From: an uncultured Actinomycetales bacterium
GTDB lineage: Bacteria; Actinomycetota; Actinomycetes; S36-B12
Assembly (NCBI GenBank): GCA_913063435.1
Contig: CAJXYI010000005.1
Coordinates: 4,878-68,877 of the forward strand
Direction: 5' to 3'
Length of the DNA: 64,000 nt
The position numbers and the translations under genes were made by a program. How positions within the stretch are numbered: position 1 is the stretch's first letter; each line of letters opens with the position of its first letter. The notes below the pieces were generated by a model. That model ran no database searches. It saw only the letters and a program-made list of their open reading frames with translations, and was not told where the DNA came from. Positions 36,498 through 47,268 of this stretch are shown one piece after another.

Positions 36498-37642
36498 GCG
36501 ATCGGATCCCGCTCGAGCAGTTCACGCGCCTGGTGGGCGATCTCCGTGCCCTCGTCGGCGGGCACGACGATGACGCGCACCGGTGCCCCGACTGCTGCGA
36601 TATCGATCGCCTGCGAGGGTGCGGTGACTTCTCGATTGCGGGTGAGGTCCACATCGATGCCGAGCCGGGCCCAACCGATGCAGACCGCCTCGCGCAGATG
36701 CGGGTCGTGCTCGCCGACTCCACCGGTGAACACGAGAGCATCTGCACCGCCCACAACCGCATGCATAGCGCCGATCGCGCGCCGCAGGCGATGGACATAG
36801 ATCGACCAGGCGAGCTCCGCAGATGCATCTCCATCGGCCTTGAGTCGCTCGATCTCACGCATATCTGCTGCACCTCCCACACCGACGAGGCCACTGCCGT
36901 GTTCGAGCAGATCGGTGACGGCTGTCGTGGAGCCGAAATGATCGACCAACGCGAGCACGATGGCGGGATCGAGATCGCCGCTGCGGGTGGACATCATGAC
37001 GCCTTCCAAAGGAGTCCAACCCATGGTGGTGTCGACGCCGCGCCCATCGCGAACAGCCGTGATGCTGGACCCGGAACCCAGGTGCGCCACGACGAGCCTG
37101 AGGTCCGAAGCCCTACGTTTCATCAGGGTTGTGGTCTGGCGAATGGCTCCGGCTATGGAGATGCCGTGGAACCCGAATCGTTCGATACCTAGTTCGGCGC
37201 TGAGATTCAGCGGTAGCGGATATGTTCGCGCAGACGTCGGCATCGAGCGGTGGAATGCCGTATCGAACACCGCGACCTGCGGGACGTCCGGGGCAAGTCG
37301 AAACATGGTGTCGATGCCCGCGAGATTCACGGGATTGTGCACCGGCGCGAGCGGGATGCAGCGTTCGATCTCGGCACGCACGTCGGCATCGATGAGGGCT
37401 GGCGCATCGAATCTCCGGCCACCGTGCACGACCCGATGACCGATGACGGCGATATCGGCTCGATCAGCCTCGGGTATCGCGTTCCACAGGTCATCGAGGA
37501 GTCCGGGAACATCGGCTGCAGTGCAGCGTCCCAGGTCGAGTGATCGCTCGAAGGCTCGAGCGCCGCCGGATCGGAATCCGTCGATCTTGATCGACGAGGA
37601 ACCGATGTTGACGGCGAGGGCGATCACGCCTGCCAGGTCCAT
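36494..37642 (-). CDS. ackA: acetate kinase
   Basis: [35 protein letters not shown] and [23 protein letters not shown]. It sits immediately downstream of xfp. An alternative GTG start at 37627 overlaps the xfp stop. Confidence 0.9.
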   Translation of the reverse strand: MDLAGVIALAVNIGSSSIKIDGFRSGGARAFERSLDLGRCTAADVPGLLDDLWNAIPEADRADIAVIGHRVVHGGRRFDAPALIDADVRAEIERCIPLAPVHNPVNLAGIDTMFRLAPDVPQVAVFDTAFHRSMPTSARTYPLPLNLSAELGIERFGFHGISIAGAIRQTTTLMKRRASDLRLVVAHLGSGSSITAVRDGRGVDTTMGWTPLEGVMMSTRSGDLDPAIVLALVDHFGSTTAVTDLLEHGSGLVGVGGAADMREIERLKADGDASAELAWSIYVHRLRRAIGAMHAVVGGADALVFTGGVGEHDPHLREAVCIGWARLGIDVDLTRNREVTAPSQAIDIAAVGAPVRVIVVPADEGTEIAHQARELLERDPIA

Positions 37643-40038
37643 TCGGCGATCTCCGGCATATCGACGCCACGTTGGACGACGTATTGGCGGTGGGTGATCA
37701 ACTGATCGCTCATTCGTTGGCGCAGCCATGCCGCCTCAGTCGACAGACCGGGAACTCGGTCGATGACGTCGATGACCAGGTGAAAACGATCGATCTCATT
37801 GCGCACGCACATGTCGAAAGGCGTCGTGGTCGAGCCTTCCTCTTTGTAGCCGCGCACATGGAGATTGGCGTGGTTGGTCCTCCGGTAGGTCAGCCGATGA
37901 ATGAGCCAGGGATATCCGTGATAGGCCATCACGATCGGCTTGTCCGTGGTGAAGAGGGCATCGAATTCCCGATCCGACAGGCCGTGTGGATGCTCGCTTT
38001 CGGGTTGCAGGCGCATCAGGTCGACGACGTTGATGACCCGGATGCGCAGGTCCGGAAGGTTTTCGCGAAGGATGCTGACCGCGGCAAGGACCTCCACGGT
38101 CGGGACATCGCCGGCGCAGGCCATCACGACATCAGGATCCTGCCCGCTGTCATTGGAGGCGAACTCCCAGATGCCGATGCCACGTGTGCAATGCCGCACT
38201 GCCTCATCCATCGTCAACCATGTGGGGGTGGGCTGCTTTCCTGAGACCACGATGTTGATGTAGTTCCGGCTACGCAGGCAGTGATCCATCGTGGACAGCA
38301 GGGTATTGGTGTCCGGGGGCAGATAGATCCGGATCACGTCGGCCTTCTTGTTCACCGCGTGGTCGATGAATCCCGGATCCTGATGCGATAGACCATTGTG
38401 ATCCTGGCGCCACACGTGGGAGGTGAGCAGATAGTTCAGACTCGCGATCGGCTGCCTCCACGGGATGCTCCGGGTGGTGTTCAACCACTTCGCATGCTGG
38501 TTGAACATCGAGTCGACGATGTGGATAAACGCCTCGTAACAGGACATCAGGCCATGGCGACCGGTGAGCAGGTATCCCTCGAGCCATCCCTGACAGGTCT
38601 GCTCGCTGAGGATCTCCAGCACCCGGCCATCACGAGCCAGGTGCATGTCGGTGTCCCGGTGCGAACCAAGCCAGCGTTTCGCGGTGATGTCGAGAGTAGC
38701 CCCGAGGCGGTTGGATTCGTGCTCGTCCGGCGCAACGAAGAGCAGATTGCGATGGTCGAGGTTGTCCCTCATGGTGTCTCGCAGAAACTCACCGAGAACT
38801 CGGGTCGGTTCGCTCATCGGCACACCGGGTCGCTCGATCGTGACGGCATAGTCCCGAAAATCCGGTAGGCGCAGGGGAGTCAGCAGTTCTCCACCGTTGG
38901 CGTGCGGGTTGTCTCCCATCCGGCGGGTGCCTCGGGGCATCGAATCGCGGATGAGACCGATCGGGCGCCCATCGGGTTCGAAGAGTTCCTGCGGGTGATA
39001 ACTGCGCAGCCACTCCTCGAGAAGTCGTCGATGCGCGGGGTTGTCGAAAGTTTCGGCGAGTGGGACCTGATGCGATCGCCATGTGTCCTCGACGGGAACA
39101 CCGTCGACCTCGGCTGGGCCGGTCCAGCCCTTCGGTGTTCGCAGGATGATCATCGGCCAGCGCGGGCGTGAGGTGTCGCCGTCGAATCGCGCAGCATGCT
39201 GGATTCCTTTGATCCGGTCGATCGCTGAATCCATGGCCCGGGCCATGTCGTGATGGATGTGCCCGGTGTCGTCACCGTTGACCCAGATGGGTTCCCAGCC
39301 ATAGCCGAACAGCAGCGCGGCCAGCTCGTCATCGCTGATCCGGGACAGCACCGTCGGATTTGCGATCTTGTAACCGTTGAGGTGCAGGATCGGAAGCACC
39401 GCACCGTCATGTTCAGGGTCGAGGAACTTCGTCGCGTGCCACGACGTCGCGAGGGGACCGGTTTCGGCTTCCCCGTCGCCCACGACGCACGTGACGATGA
39501 GATCAGGATTGTCGAAGGCGGCACCGAATGCGTGGGACAGTGAATAGCCCAACTCTCCACCCTCATGGATCGATCCCGGGGTCTCCGGTGCGACATGGGA
39601 TGGGACACCGTAGGGAAATGAGAACTGCCGGAAGAGTTTGCGCATCCCCTCGGTGGTCTGGTCGATATCGGGGTAGTACTCCGAATAGGTACCCTCCAAC
39701 CAGACCGAGGCCAAGACGGCAGGGCCACCGTGACCGGGACCGGCGATGAAGATCATGTCGAGGTCGTCTCGAACGATGACGCGGTTGCAGTGGGTGTACA
39801 CCAGGTTCAGGCCGGGTGACGTGCCCCAATGCCCGAGCAGCCGTGGCTTGACGTCGTCACGTTCTAGCGGGCGTTCTAGCAGCGGATTGTCCAGCAGATA
39901 GATCTGCCCGACCGTGAGGTAGTTCGCAGCTCGCCAGGTGGCGTCGAGTGCGGCCCATTCATGAGGCGGCAGCAGATGCTCCGGTGCGCTCAAGTGTGAA
40001 GAGAAGATGTCGGAGGTGTGCAGTTGGGCCTGGGTCAT
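37624..40038 (-). CDS. xfp: xylulose-5-phosphate/fructose-6-phosphate phosphoketolase
   Basis: [36 protein letters not shown], ~800 aa. The ATG at 40038 is preceded by GGAG. Confidence 0.95.
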   Translation of the reverse strand: MTQAQLHTSDIFSSHLSAPEHLLPPHEWAALDATWRAANYLTVGQIYLLDNPLLERPLERDDVKPRLLGHWGTSPGLNLVYTHCNRVIVRDDLDMIFIAGPGHGGPAVLASVWLEGTYSEYYPDIDQTTEGMRKLFRQFSFPYGVPSHVAPETPGSIHEGGELGYSLSHAFGAAFDNPDLIVTCVVGDGEAETGPLATSWHATKFLDPEHDGAVLPILHLNGYKIANPTVLSRISDDELAALLFGYGWEPIWVNGDDTGHIHHDMARAMDSAIDRIKGIQHAARFDGDTSRPRWPMIILRTPKGWTGPAEVDGVPVEDTWRSHQVPLAETFDNPAHRRLLEEWLRSYHPQELFEPDGRPIGLIRDSMPRGTRRMGDNPHANGGELLTPLRLPDFRDYAVTIERPGVPMSEPTRVLGEFLRDTMRDNLDHRNLLFVAPDEHESNRLGATLDITAKRWLGSHRDTDMHLARDGRVLEILSEQTCQGWLEGYLLTGRHGLMSCYEAFIHIVDSMFNQHAKWLNTTRSIPWRQPIASLNYLLTSHVWRQDHNGLSHQDPGFIDHAVNKKADVIRIYLPPDTNTLLSTMDHCLRSRNYINIVVSGKQPTPTWLTMDEAVRHCTRGIGIWEFASNDSGQDPDVVMACAGDVPTVEVLAAVSILRENLPDLRIRVINVVDLMRLQPESEHPHGLSDREFDALFTTDKPIVMAYHGYPWLIHRLTYRRTNHANLHVRGYKEEGSTTTPFDMCVRNEIDRFHLVIDVIDRVPGLSTEAAWLRQRMSDQLITHRQYVVQRGVDMPEIAEWTWQA

Positions 40039-40212
40039 GATGGACTCCGGAGATCGACGAATGTCTCCATCAGACCTGCCTTGTGTGACATTGCCATGAA
40101 CACCAGCGAACGTCTTTGGGACAAGGTGCGGTCGATACCCGGTCAAGACACGGGTACATGCACGCGTGAATCTCCACCGAAGGCCAGCGGCTGGTTGGGG
40201 GATGAAGGCCCG

Positions 40213-41049
40213 TCAGCCCGAGGTGGCGCCTCGAGCCAGGATTCGCCGGGCTTGGCGCACCACGGCTTCGTCCACCATCCGCCCGGAATCATCCGTGAAG
40301 GCACCTCGACCCTCGGCCGCTGCTGCATCGGCGGCGGCGATGAGTCGACGGGCCGCATCGATCTCCTCGGCGGTTGGAGTGAACACCTCGTGGGCGATAT
40401 CGATCTGCGCGGGATGGATGCAGGCCCGCCCGACGTAGCCCATCCGGGCGAGCGCTTCGGTACTCGCCCGGAACACGTCAAGGTCACGAAACTCCACGCT
40501 GACGGGAGCCACGGGCGGAAGCAGATTGAGCGCTGAACTGACGATGACGACGCGTTGGCGCACAAGCAGCAGTTCAGACTCTTCTGACCCGAACGTGACC
40601 CCAAGATCTGCACGCAGGTCAGCCTCACCGACTTGAAGTTGCGTCACTCCAGCAACACCGGCGAGATCGGCGACGGTGAACACCGCCCGACCGGTCTCGA
40701 TCAGTGGCATGAGCCCGCGGAGTGCACCGGGCAGCTCAGTCAGCCGCTGTGCGACGGTGGCTACCTGATCAGGATCCTCAGTCTTCGCCAGCACGATGCC
40801 CGCGAGGTTGTGCTGCAGACATGACGCGAGATCGAATTCGAGGCCCGCGGGATCACTGGTGACCCGAACCCAGGTCGACGGCGGCGCATCGGCGAGGAAA
40901 TCCCGAAGGTTGGCGCGAGCACCATCCTTCGCCGAAGGGGCGACACCGTCTTCTAGGTCGACGATCAGCGCATCCGCACCTCGGCCGGCTGCCTTGGCCA
41001 GCCGAGGTGCGTCGTCAGCCGGGACGTACAGCCAACTGCGCGGGATCAT
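40213..41049 (-). CDS. HpcH/HpaI aldolase / citrate lyase beta (CitE)-like acyl-CoA lyase
   Basis: SWLYVPADDAPRLAKAAGRGADALIVDLEDGV and the C-terminal region CIHPAQI. ATGA overlap with the upstream ACAD gene. Confidence 0.8.
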   Translation of the reverse strand: MIPRSWLYVPADDAPRLAKAAGRGADALIVDLEDGVAPSAKDGARANLRDFLADAPPSTWVRVTSDPAGLEFDLASCLQHNLAGIVLAKTEDPDQVATVAQRLTELPGALRGLMPLIETGRAVFTVADLAGVAGVTQLQVGEADLRADLGVTFGSEESELLLVRQRVVIVSSALNLLPPVAPVSVEFRDLDVFRASTEALARMGYVGRACIHPAQIDIAHEVFTPTAEEIDAARRLIAAADAAAAEGRGAFTDDSGRMVDEAVVRQARRILARGATSG

Positions 41050-42209
41050 CCGATCGAGTCACGCCCGGAAATCAACGACTTGGCGATGATCATCCTCAAG
41101 ATGTCGTTGGTGCCTTCACCGATCGCCATGAGCGGGGCATCGCGGTACAACCGCTCCACGACATATTCGGTGGAGTAGCCGTAACCACCGTGGATGCGCA
41201 TGGCCTCCAACGATGCGTTGATGGCAACCTCAGATGCGAAGTACTTCGCCATGCCCGACTGCATGTCGGCACGCTTGCCTGCGGCCTGCTCGGATGCCGC
41301 CCAGTAGGTCAGGAGCCGCGCAGCCTGGAGGTTCGTGGCGATGTCAGCCAACTTCAACTGGATGGCTTGGAAGTCGCTGATCGGCTGACCGAACGCGGTG
41401 CGATCACGGCTGTAATCCAATGCCGCGTCATAGGCGGCCTGCGCGATGCCCACGGCGCGGGCTGCGATGTTGATTCGACCGGATTCCAGTGCCGGAAGCG
41501 CCTGTTGCATGCCGCGCCCCTCGACGCCACCGAGCAGGTTCTCGACCGGGACTCGGGCGTTGTCGATGACGACCTCGCAGGATTCGGGTCCCTTGTAGCC
41601 GAGCTTGCCGATATCGCGCAGCACCTCGTACCCGGGGGTATCGGCCTCGATCAGCAGGATGCTCATGCCCTTGTGGCGGGGGTCGGCGTTGGGATCGGTC
41701 TTGACCATCACCGGCAGTGGATCGGCATGTCGGGCGTTCGTGATCCACGTCTTGCGGCCGTTGACGACGTAGTGGTCGCCATCACGGATGGCAGTGGTGC
41801 GGATGCCCTGCAGATCTGATCCAGCGTCGGGCTCGGTGAGTCCAACGCCCGTGCGACGCTCGCCGGTGGCTAATGCGGGTAGGTATTTCGCCTTCTGCTC
41901 GTCAGTGCCGAATTTCGCGATCATCCAGCACGACAGCGAGTGGCTGCCGAGTGTGCCGGCGATTCCCATCCAGCCGCGGGCGATTTCTTCGAACACGATG
42001 GCGAAGGACACCGCGTCGAGATCGAGGCCGCCGTATTCCTCGGGGATGGTCATGCCGAACAGGCCCATGTCCTTGAGCTTGTCGACGATCTCGGTCGGGT
42101 ATTCCCCGCTGCGTTCCATCTCGCTTGCGACGGGCTTGATCTCCTTGTCGACGAACTCCCGCATCGTGCGCTGGAAGTCCCGCTGCTCCTCGTTGAGTTC
42201 GAAGTCCAT
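41046..42209 (-). CDS. acyl-CoA dehydrogenase
   Basis: 387 aa with YGGLDLD, LTEPDAGSD, GGYGYSTEY and a typical ACAD layout. Confidence 0.9.
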   Translation of the reverse strand: MDFELNEEQRDFQRTMREFVDKEIKPVASEMERSGEYPTEIVDKLKDMGLFGMTIPEEYGGLDLDAVSFAIVFEEIARGWMGIAGTLGSHSLSCWMIAKFGTDEQKAKYLPALATGERRTGVGLTEPDAGSDLQGIRTTAIRDGDHYVVNGRKTWITNARHADPLPVMVKTDPNADPRHKGMSILLIEADTPGYEVLRDIGKLGYKGPESCEVVIDNARVPVENLLGGVEGRGMQQALPALESGRINIAARAVGIAQAAYDAALDYSRDRTAFGQPISDFQAIQLKLADIATNLQAARLLTYWAASEQAAGKRADMQSGMAKYFASEVAINASLEAMRIHGGYGYSTEYVVERLYRDAPLMAIGEGTNDILRMIIAKSLISGRDSIG

Positions 42210-42266
42210 GGCTAATCGCTCCCGTCGTGATCAGGTGGTGAGTTGTGTTCGGGTGGGTTGGAGTGC

Positions 42267-43481
42267 TCAGGCGGATGGTGCGGTGACAGATCCGAAGGCG
42301 GATTCCTCGGTGAGGTCGTCAATTTTCGCGTCGTCGTATCCGAGGACATCGCGAAGGATGTCTTCGCGATGCTCGTCGAAGTGAGGCGCTCTTCGATGCG
42401 GTTCATTGCGACGTCCGACTCGGAGCGCCGACGCGACCGATCGCACATCCCCCAGGGCAGGGGTCGCGGTCTCGACGATCAGCTCGCGGGCGATGGTGTG
42501 GTCGTCGGTGAGCGCCTCGGCGACCGACTGGACGGCACCGCAGGGCACCGTGGCACCGCGCAGCAGATCCACCCATTCCACGACGGTGCGCGTGGCGAAG
42601 ATGTCATCGAGGATCGCCAATAGTTCCACCGAGTTCTCGAACCGGTGGGCGAAGGTGTCGAAGCGCGGATCGACCGCGAGCTCGGGGTGACCGATGGCCT
42701 CGGTGAGGCGCACCCAGAATTTCTCCTTCGCACAGCCGACGACGAACCAGCCGTCGGATGCCTGGAATGCCTGGAACGGAACCAGCGATGGGTGAGCGCT
42801 GTTGCGGGTGCGTTGCGGCTCGTAGTCCGCACTCAGGTGCCAGGTCGCGACATAGGACAGCATGCCGATTGCGGTGTCATACAGGCTCAGGTCACAATCC
42901 ATGCCCATACCGTCACGACGGGCTGCGATGACCCCGGCGAGGATCGAACCGGTCGCGACGAGACCACCGGAGAAGTCGACGAGGGACAACCCGGTCTTGG
43001 TCGGTGCACCATCGGGATCACCGGTCAGGGACATCCATCCACCGAGGGCCTGCAGCATGTAGTCGTAGCCGGGGTCCTTCGCACGCGGGCCCGCCATGCC
43101 ATAACCGGACAGCGAGCAGCACACGATCGCCGGGTTGATGTGCTTGAGGTCGTCGTAGGTGATCTTGATCTTCGCCGGAACATCCCCGCGGAGATTGGAG
43201 AAGACCACATCGCTGACGCGCACCAGATCCTCGAACACCGCTCTTCCGGCAGGGGTATTCATGTCGAGTTTCACGCTCTTCTTATTGCGGTTGAACGTTT
43301 CGAAGAACAGCGAGGTGTCATCGGCCTGGTAGGGCGGCACATGTCGACCGACGTCGCCCCCCACCGATGGATCCTCGATTTTGATGACCTCCGCGCCGAG
43401 ATCGGCAAGGTGCAAGGTCGCGAACGGTCCTGCCCCGTACTGCTCGATCGAGATGATCCGGATTCCATCCAGCGGCGCCAT
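42267..43481 (-). CDS. family III CoA-transferase (CaiB/BaiF)
   Basis: LDGIRIISIEQYGAGPFATLHLADLGAEVIKIE, ~400 aa. Confidence 0.85.
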   Translation of the reverse strand: MAPLDGIRIISIEQYGAGPFATLHLADLGAEVIKIEDPSVGGDVGRHVPPYQADDTSLFFETFNRNKKSVKLDMNTPAGRAVFEDLVRVSDVVFSNLRGDVPAKIKITYDDLKHINPAIVCCSLSGYGMAGPRAKDPGYDYMLQALGGWMSLTGDPDGAPTKTGLSLVDFSGGLVATGSILAGVIAARRDGMGMDCDLSLYDTAIGMLSYVATWHLSADYEPQRTRNSAHPSLVPFQAFQASDGWFVVGCAKEKFWVRLTEAIGHPELAVDPRFDTFAHRFENSVELLAILDDIFATRTVVEWVDLLRGATVPCGAVQSVAEALTDDHTIARELIVETATPALGDVRSVASALRVGRRNEPHRRAPHFDEHREDILRDVLGYDDAKIDDLTEESAFGSVTAPSA

Positions 43482-43522
43482 GGGTCTCCTTCCGAGTTCC
43501 CCGAAGAATAATTGTCCGAACT

Positions 43523-44236
43523 TTAGTTGGCAACCTCGCCGGATGATGCGGCGAGGTCCAGATAGGTCAGATGGACCGCCTGCAGGTGCTCGCGCATGGC
43601 CGCTTCCGCACCACGGGAGTCACCTGCTTCGATCAGCGTGGTGATGTGCTCATGTTCGCGCTCGATGCGACGCCAGTGGCCGCGCCGTCCCGTGCGCCGA
43701 TCGAATCGGGTGATCAGCAGCTCATAGACCGGCAGCGCGAGTGCGGGCAGTAGTGGGTTGCCGCTGAGGCGGAGCACGGCGCGATGCCACTCCCAGTTCA
43801 TCTCATCCCGTTGTGGTGATGTGGCCGAGACCTGCAGAGCGCGTAACTGTTCGACGGGTCCAGGCTCATGCCGGGCTGCAGCCAGGGCAGCCGCGAAGGG
43901 TTCGATCACCTGACGAACTTCGACCAAATCCGACAGCACGATGCTGTCGTGCGTGAGAAGGACTCCCACTGAAGTCCGGAGGTAGTCCGAAATCCTTTCC
44001 GGATCGATCCGGGCGACGAATGTGCCGCCGGTGCGTCCCCGCACGGTCTCGACTAGATCCTGGCTCGCTAGCAGGCGCAATGCTTCTCGCACGGTTCCGC
44101 GGCTGACTCGGTATTGCTCGGCCAGATCGTTTTCGACGAGCCGATCACCGGGAGAGAGTTCGCCGGTGATGATCGCCGACTTGATGCCGCTGGCAAGACG
44201 TTGGTATTCCGTGCCGACAGCAGAAGGTTCCGCCAT
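43523..44236 (-). CDS. GntR-family (FadR/FCD) transcriptional regulator
   Basis: The wHTH is GDRLVENDLAEQYRVSRGTVREALRLL, followed by a helical C-terminal FCD-like domain. Confidence 0.85.
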   Translation of the reverse strand: MAEPSAVGTEYQRLASGIKSAIITGELSPGDRLVENDLAEQYRVSRGTVREALRLLASQDLVETVRGRTGGTFVARIDPERISDYLRTSVGVLLTHDSIVLSDLVEVRQVIEPFAAALAAARHEPGPVEQLRALQVSATSPQRDEMNWEWHRAVLRLSGNPLLPALALPVYELLITRFDRRTGRRGHWRRIEREHEHITTLIEAGDSRGAEAAMREHLQAVHLTYLDLAASSGEVAN

Positions 44237-44307
44237 CTGACCTCACCTCCATCACGAGCATCGAGCCGGCTATTTCACGGGCTACATCGCACATCATGCC
44301 GTGGTGA

Positions 44308-45024
44308 TCATGCCTCCAGTTCCGGATGCCTGTCATCACTCGTCGGCGGCACGACGTCGTGCGTTCGCGCCATTCGACCCACGATGCGCAGCCCATAACC
44401 GACCGATGGGCCGATCATCAGGGCGAACATGACCGTGCCGAGACCGACCGTCCCGCCGAGTAGCCACCCTGCGGCGAGGACGAGCACTTCGATCGACAGG
44501 CGCACCGGGGTGACCGCGATCCCGGTGCGTTCATGAAGGCCGGTCATCAGACCATCGCGAGGTCCGGGTCCGAGGTTCGTCGTCAGGTAGAGACCACTGC
44601 CCAACCCGATGGAGGCGATACCGGCAAGCACCAGAACGATCTGCCATCCGAGTCCGGTCGGTGTCGGCAAGATCTCGATCATCACCTGCAGGGCGAGTGC
44701 GACCACGACCGCGTTGGCGATGGTGCCCAAACCGGGGCGTTCGCGCAGCGGGAGCCACAGCGCTAGCACGATGAGACTGGTGACCAGCGTGGTTGCACCG
44801 ATCGGTAGTGCCGTCCGCGCCGATAAGCCCTCGGCGAATACCGTCCACGGGCTGACTCCGATGCCGGCGTTGACCAGCATCGCCTCACCGGACCCGAACA
44901 GCCACAGCCCGGAAATGAGTACGACAAGCGTCGAGGGTCGGGCCCGCCAACGATGATCCGATCGCCACCGCGTGAGCGGAATGCTGCGGGAGGGGACGAG
45001 GTGGGCGAGCCGGAATCGGCTCAC
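44308..45024 (-). CDS. YczE/YitT-like membrane protein
   Basis: LWLFGSGEAMLVNAGIGVSPWTVFAEGLS. The GTG at 45024 forms a GTGA overlap with the ndh stop. The longer ORF-track N-terminus lies inside ndh. Confidence 0.6.
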   Translation of the reverse strand: MSRFRLAHLVPSRSIPLTRWRSDHRWRARPSTLVVLISGLWLFGSGEAMLVNAGIGVSPWTVFAEGLSARTALPIGATTLVTSLIVLALWLPLRERPGLGTIANAVVVALALQVMIEILPTPTGLGWQIVLVLAGIASIGLGSGLYLTTNLGPGPRDGLMTGLHERTGIAVTPVRLSIEVLVLAAGWLLGGTVGLGTVMFALMIGPSVGYGLRIVGRMARTHDVVPPTSDDRHPELEA

Positions 45025-46238
45025 TCGATCACCGCGCGGCGCGGGCCGATGCCCCAGGCGAGGTAGTTCCACCCCCAGTCGGCGATGACGCTGACCCGGT
45101 TGCGCCCACCAGCGAGGTAGCCCACGTGCAGACCCAACCACGCCAACCATGCCGCAGTGCCGTGCAGGCGCCAGCCCTGCGGTGTCTCTGCGACCGCGCG
45201 GCGGCGACCGATCGTGGCCATCTGGCCCTTATCGGTATAGGAGAACGGGCTGAGCGGCTTGCCATCGATCGCCTCGCCGATTGTCACCGCGATATGGCGA
45301 CCCATTTGCATTGCGACGGGTGCGACCATCGGCAGGATGGCGCCATCGGCGTCGAAAGCGGCCGAGTCCCCGGCGACCCACACGTTGTCGCTGCCGCGCA
45401 TGCGCAGGAACTCGTCGACCATAAGGCGGCGTCCCGGTCCGGTGACACCGATCTCACCGAGTTTCTCCGGTGCTGCGACACCGGCGGCCCACACGACGGT
45501 CCCGGCGGGCAGTACCTCTCCGGTCTTCAGGTGCACATCGCGTTCGTACATCCGGTCCACCGCGGAATCGAGTTTGACGTCGACGCCGAGCTGGCCGAGT
45601 TCGGTGCGGGCATGCTCGCTGGATTCCGGACTGAACGGCATCAGTAGTCGCGATGCGGCTTCAACGAGAGTGACCGATGCGTAATCGGCGATCGTCGGGT
45701 ATTCCCGGTGCATGCTGCGCTGAAGTTCGGCGACCGCACCCGCAACCTCGACTCCGGTAGGCCCGCCGCCGACGACGACGATGCGCAATGCCTCGCGAGG
45801 TAACCGACCTTCCTGCACATCCTCATACGTCCCGAACAGCCGCTGCTTGATCGCACGCGCATCCGCGATCGACTTCATCTGCAACGCGTGCTGTTCGACA
45901 CCGGGAATCCCGAAGGTGGTTCCCACGCTGCCGGTAGCGATCACGAGATGATCGAAGTCGATGTCCTGCCCGTCTGCCAACCGCACCCGATTGCGTTCGG
46001 TGTCCATCCGCACGACCTCACCTCGAATGAATGTGACACCGGGAAGTGCCGCACGCACGGGGTAGGCGATGTCGTCCTCGGGTAGGCCACCGGTGGCGAC
46101 CTGATAGAGCAGGGGCGAGAACAGTTGGTAGGGATGTTTGTCGATCAGGATGGCTTCGATCTGCGGATTACGGCGCATCGCCTTGACTGCCGCGAGCCCG
46201 GCGAAACCGGCCCCGATGACAACGACCCTCGTCTTCAT
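45021..46238 (-). CDS. ndh: type II NADH:quinone oxidoreductase
   Basis: MKTRVVVIGAGFAGLAAVKAM and a second dinucleotide fold IVVVGGGPTGVEVAGA. The ATG at 46238 is preceded by AGGATAGGA. Confidence 0.85.
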   Translation of the reverse strand: MKTRVVVIGAGFAGLAAVKAMRRNPQIEAILIDKHPYQLFSPLLYQVATGGLPEDDIAYPVRAALPGVTFIRGEVVRMDTERNRVRLADGQDIDFDHLVIATGSVGTTFGIPGVEQHALQMKSIADARAIKQRLFGTYEDVQEGRLPREALRIVVVGGGPTGVEVAGAVAELQRSMHREYPTIADYASVTLVEAASRLLMPFSPESSEHARTELGQLGVDVKLDSAVDRMYERDVHLKTGEVLPAGTVVWAAGVAAPEKLGEIGVTGPGRRLMVDEFLRMRGSDNVWVAGDSAAFDADGAILPMVAPVAMQMGRHIAVTIGEAIDGKPLSPFSYTDKGQMATIGRRRAVAETPQGWRLHGTAAWLAWLGLHVGYLAGGRNRVSVIADWGWNYLAWGIGPRRAVIE

Positions 46239-46282
46239 AGGTCCTATCCTCCCACGCTGCACCCTGGAGTAGCGTCGCCATC

Positions 46283-47230
46283 ATGAGGCAGGCCATGGCG
46301 CAACGCACCGTAGGTGAACGGCAAGTGTCGGTGATGGGGCTGGGCTGCATGCCCGTGTCGTTTCCCGAACACGCCACGGATCCCGAGCGTGGGATCGCTG
46401 TCATCCACCGGGCCCTCGATCTCGGCATCACGCTGCTGGATACCGCCGATATCTATGCACCGTCATGGGATGCGATGGGCCACAACGAGCGTGTGGTGGG
46501 GCAAGCCCTACGCAGCTACGCCGGTCCAGCGAACATGGGCGAGGTCCTCGTCGCTTCCAAGGGAGGCATCACGCGTTCACCGGGTGAGGTCTGGGGGCGG
46601 GACGCCAGCCGGGACGGACTGGTGGCAGCGGCGGAGGCCAGTTGCGAGGCCCTCGGTGTCGACGTCATCGACCTTTATCAACTGCATCGACCCGATCCCG
46701 CGCTGACCTACGCCGAACAGGTGCGCTCACTGGCTGCCGTCCGTGACGCGGGGCTGACGCGCATGATCGGGTTGTCGAACGCCACGCTGCCCGAGTTGCA
46801 GGTGGCCCTCGACGAAGTTGGTGGTCCTGCTGATGGCGGCATCGTGTCCGTGCAGAACGAGTTCTCTCCCAGGTTCCGTGGTGATGCGGAGGTGCTCGAG
46901 GTGTGCACCGAGTGGGGAATCGCTTTCCTGCCGTGGTCACCCCTGGGTGGCGCCGAGCAGGCAAGCACGATCGGGGACCGCTATGCGGTGTTCGCCGAGG
47001 TCGGCCGCGAGGTCGAGGCGACACCGCACGAGGTGGTCCTGGCCTGGCTGACTGGGCTATCGCCGGTCATGATCCCCATCCCCGGAGCCTCGCGGCCGGC
47101 GACGGTCGATTCGATCGTTCGGGCGGCGGCTGTGCAACTCACCGATGAGCAGGTGCAGCGCCTCTCGGCCAGCGTCCCCGAGGCCACATCGATGTATCCC
47201 GAGGACCAGCCGAGGCCCCGACTACGCTGA
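46283..47230 (+). CDS. aldo/keto reductase
   Basis: LGCMPVS..., LDTADIY, IDLYQLHRPD and GLSNAT. Confidence 0.85.
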   Translation: MRQAMAQRTVGERQVSVMGLGCMPVSFPEHATDPERGIAVIHRALDLGITLLDTADIYAPSWDAMGHNERVVGQALRSYAGPANMGEVLVASKGGITRSPGEVWGRDASRDGLVAAAEASCEALGVDVIDLYQLHRPDPALTYAEQVRSLAAVRDAGLTRMIGLSNATLPELQVALDEVGGPADGGIVSVQNEFSPRFRGDAEVLEVCTEWGIAFLPWSPLGGAEQASTIGDRYAVFAEVGREVEATPHEVVLAWLTGLSPVMIPIPGASRPATVDSIVRAAAVQLTDEQVQRLSASVPEATSMYPEDQPRPRLR

Positions 47231-47268
47231 TCCCAGCTCGATCCCTCCATCTCACCCCAGGAGCATCC

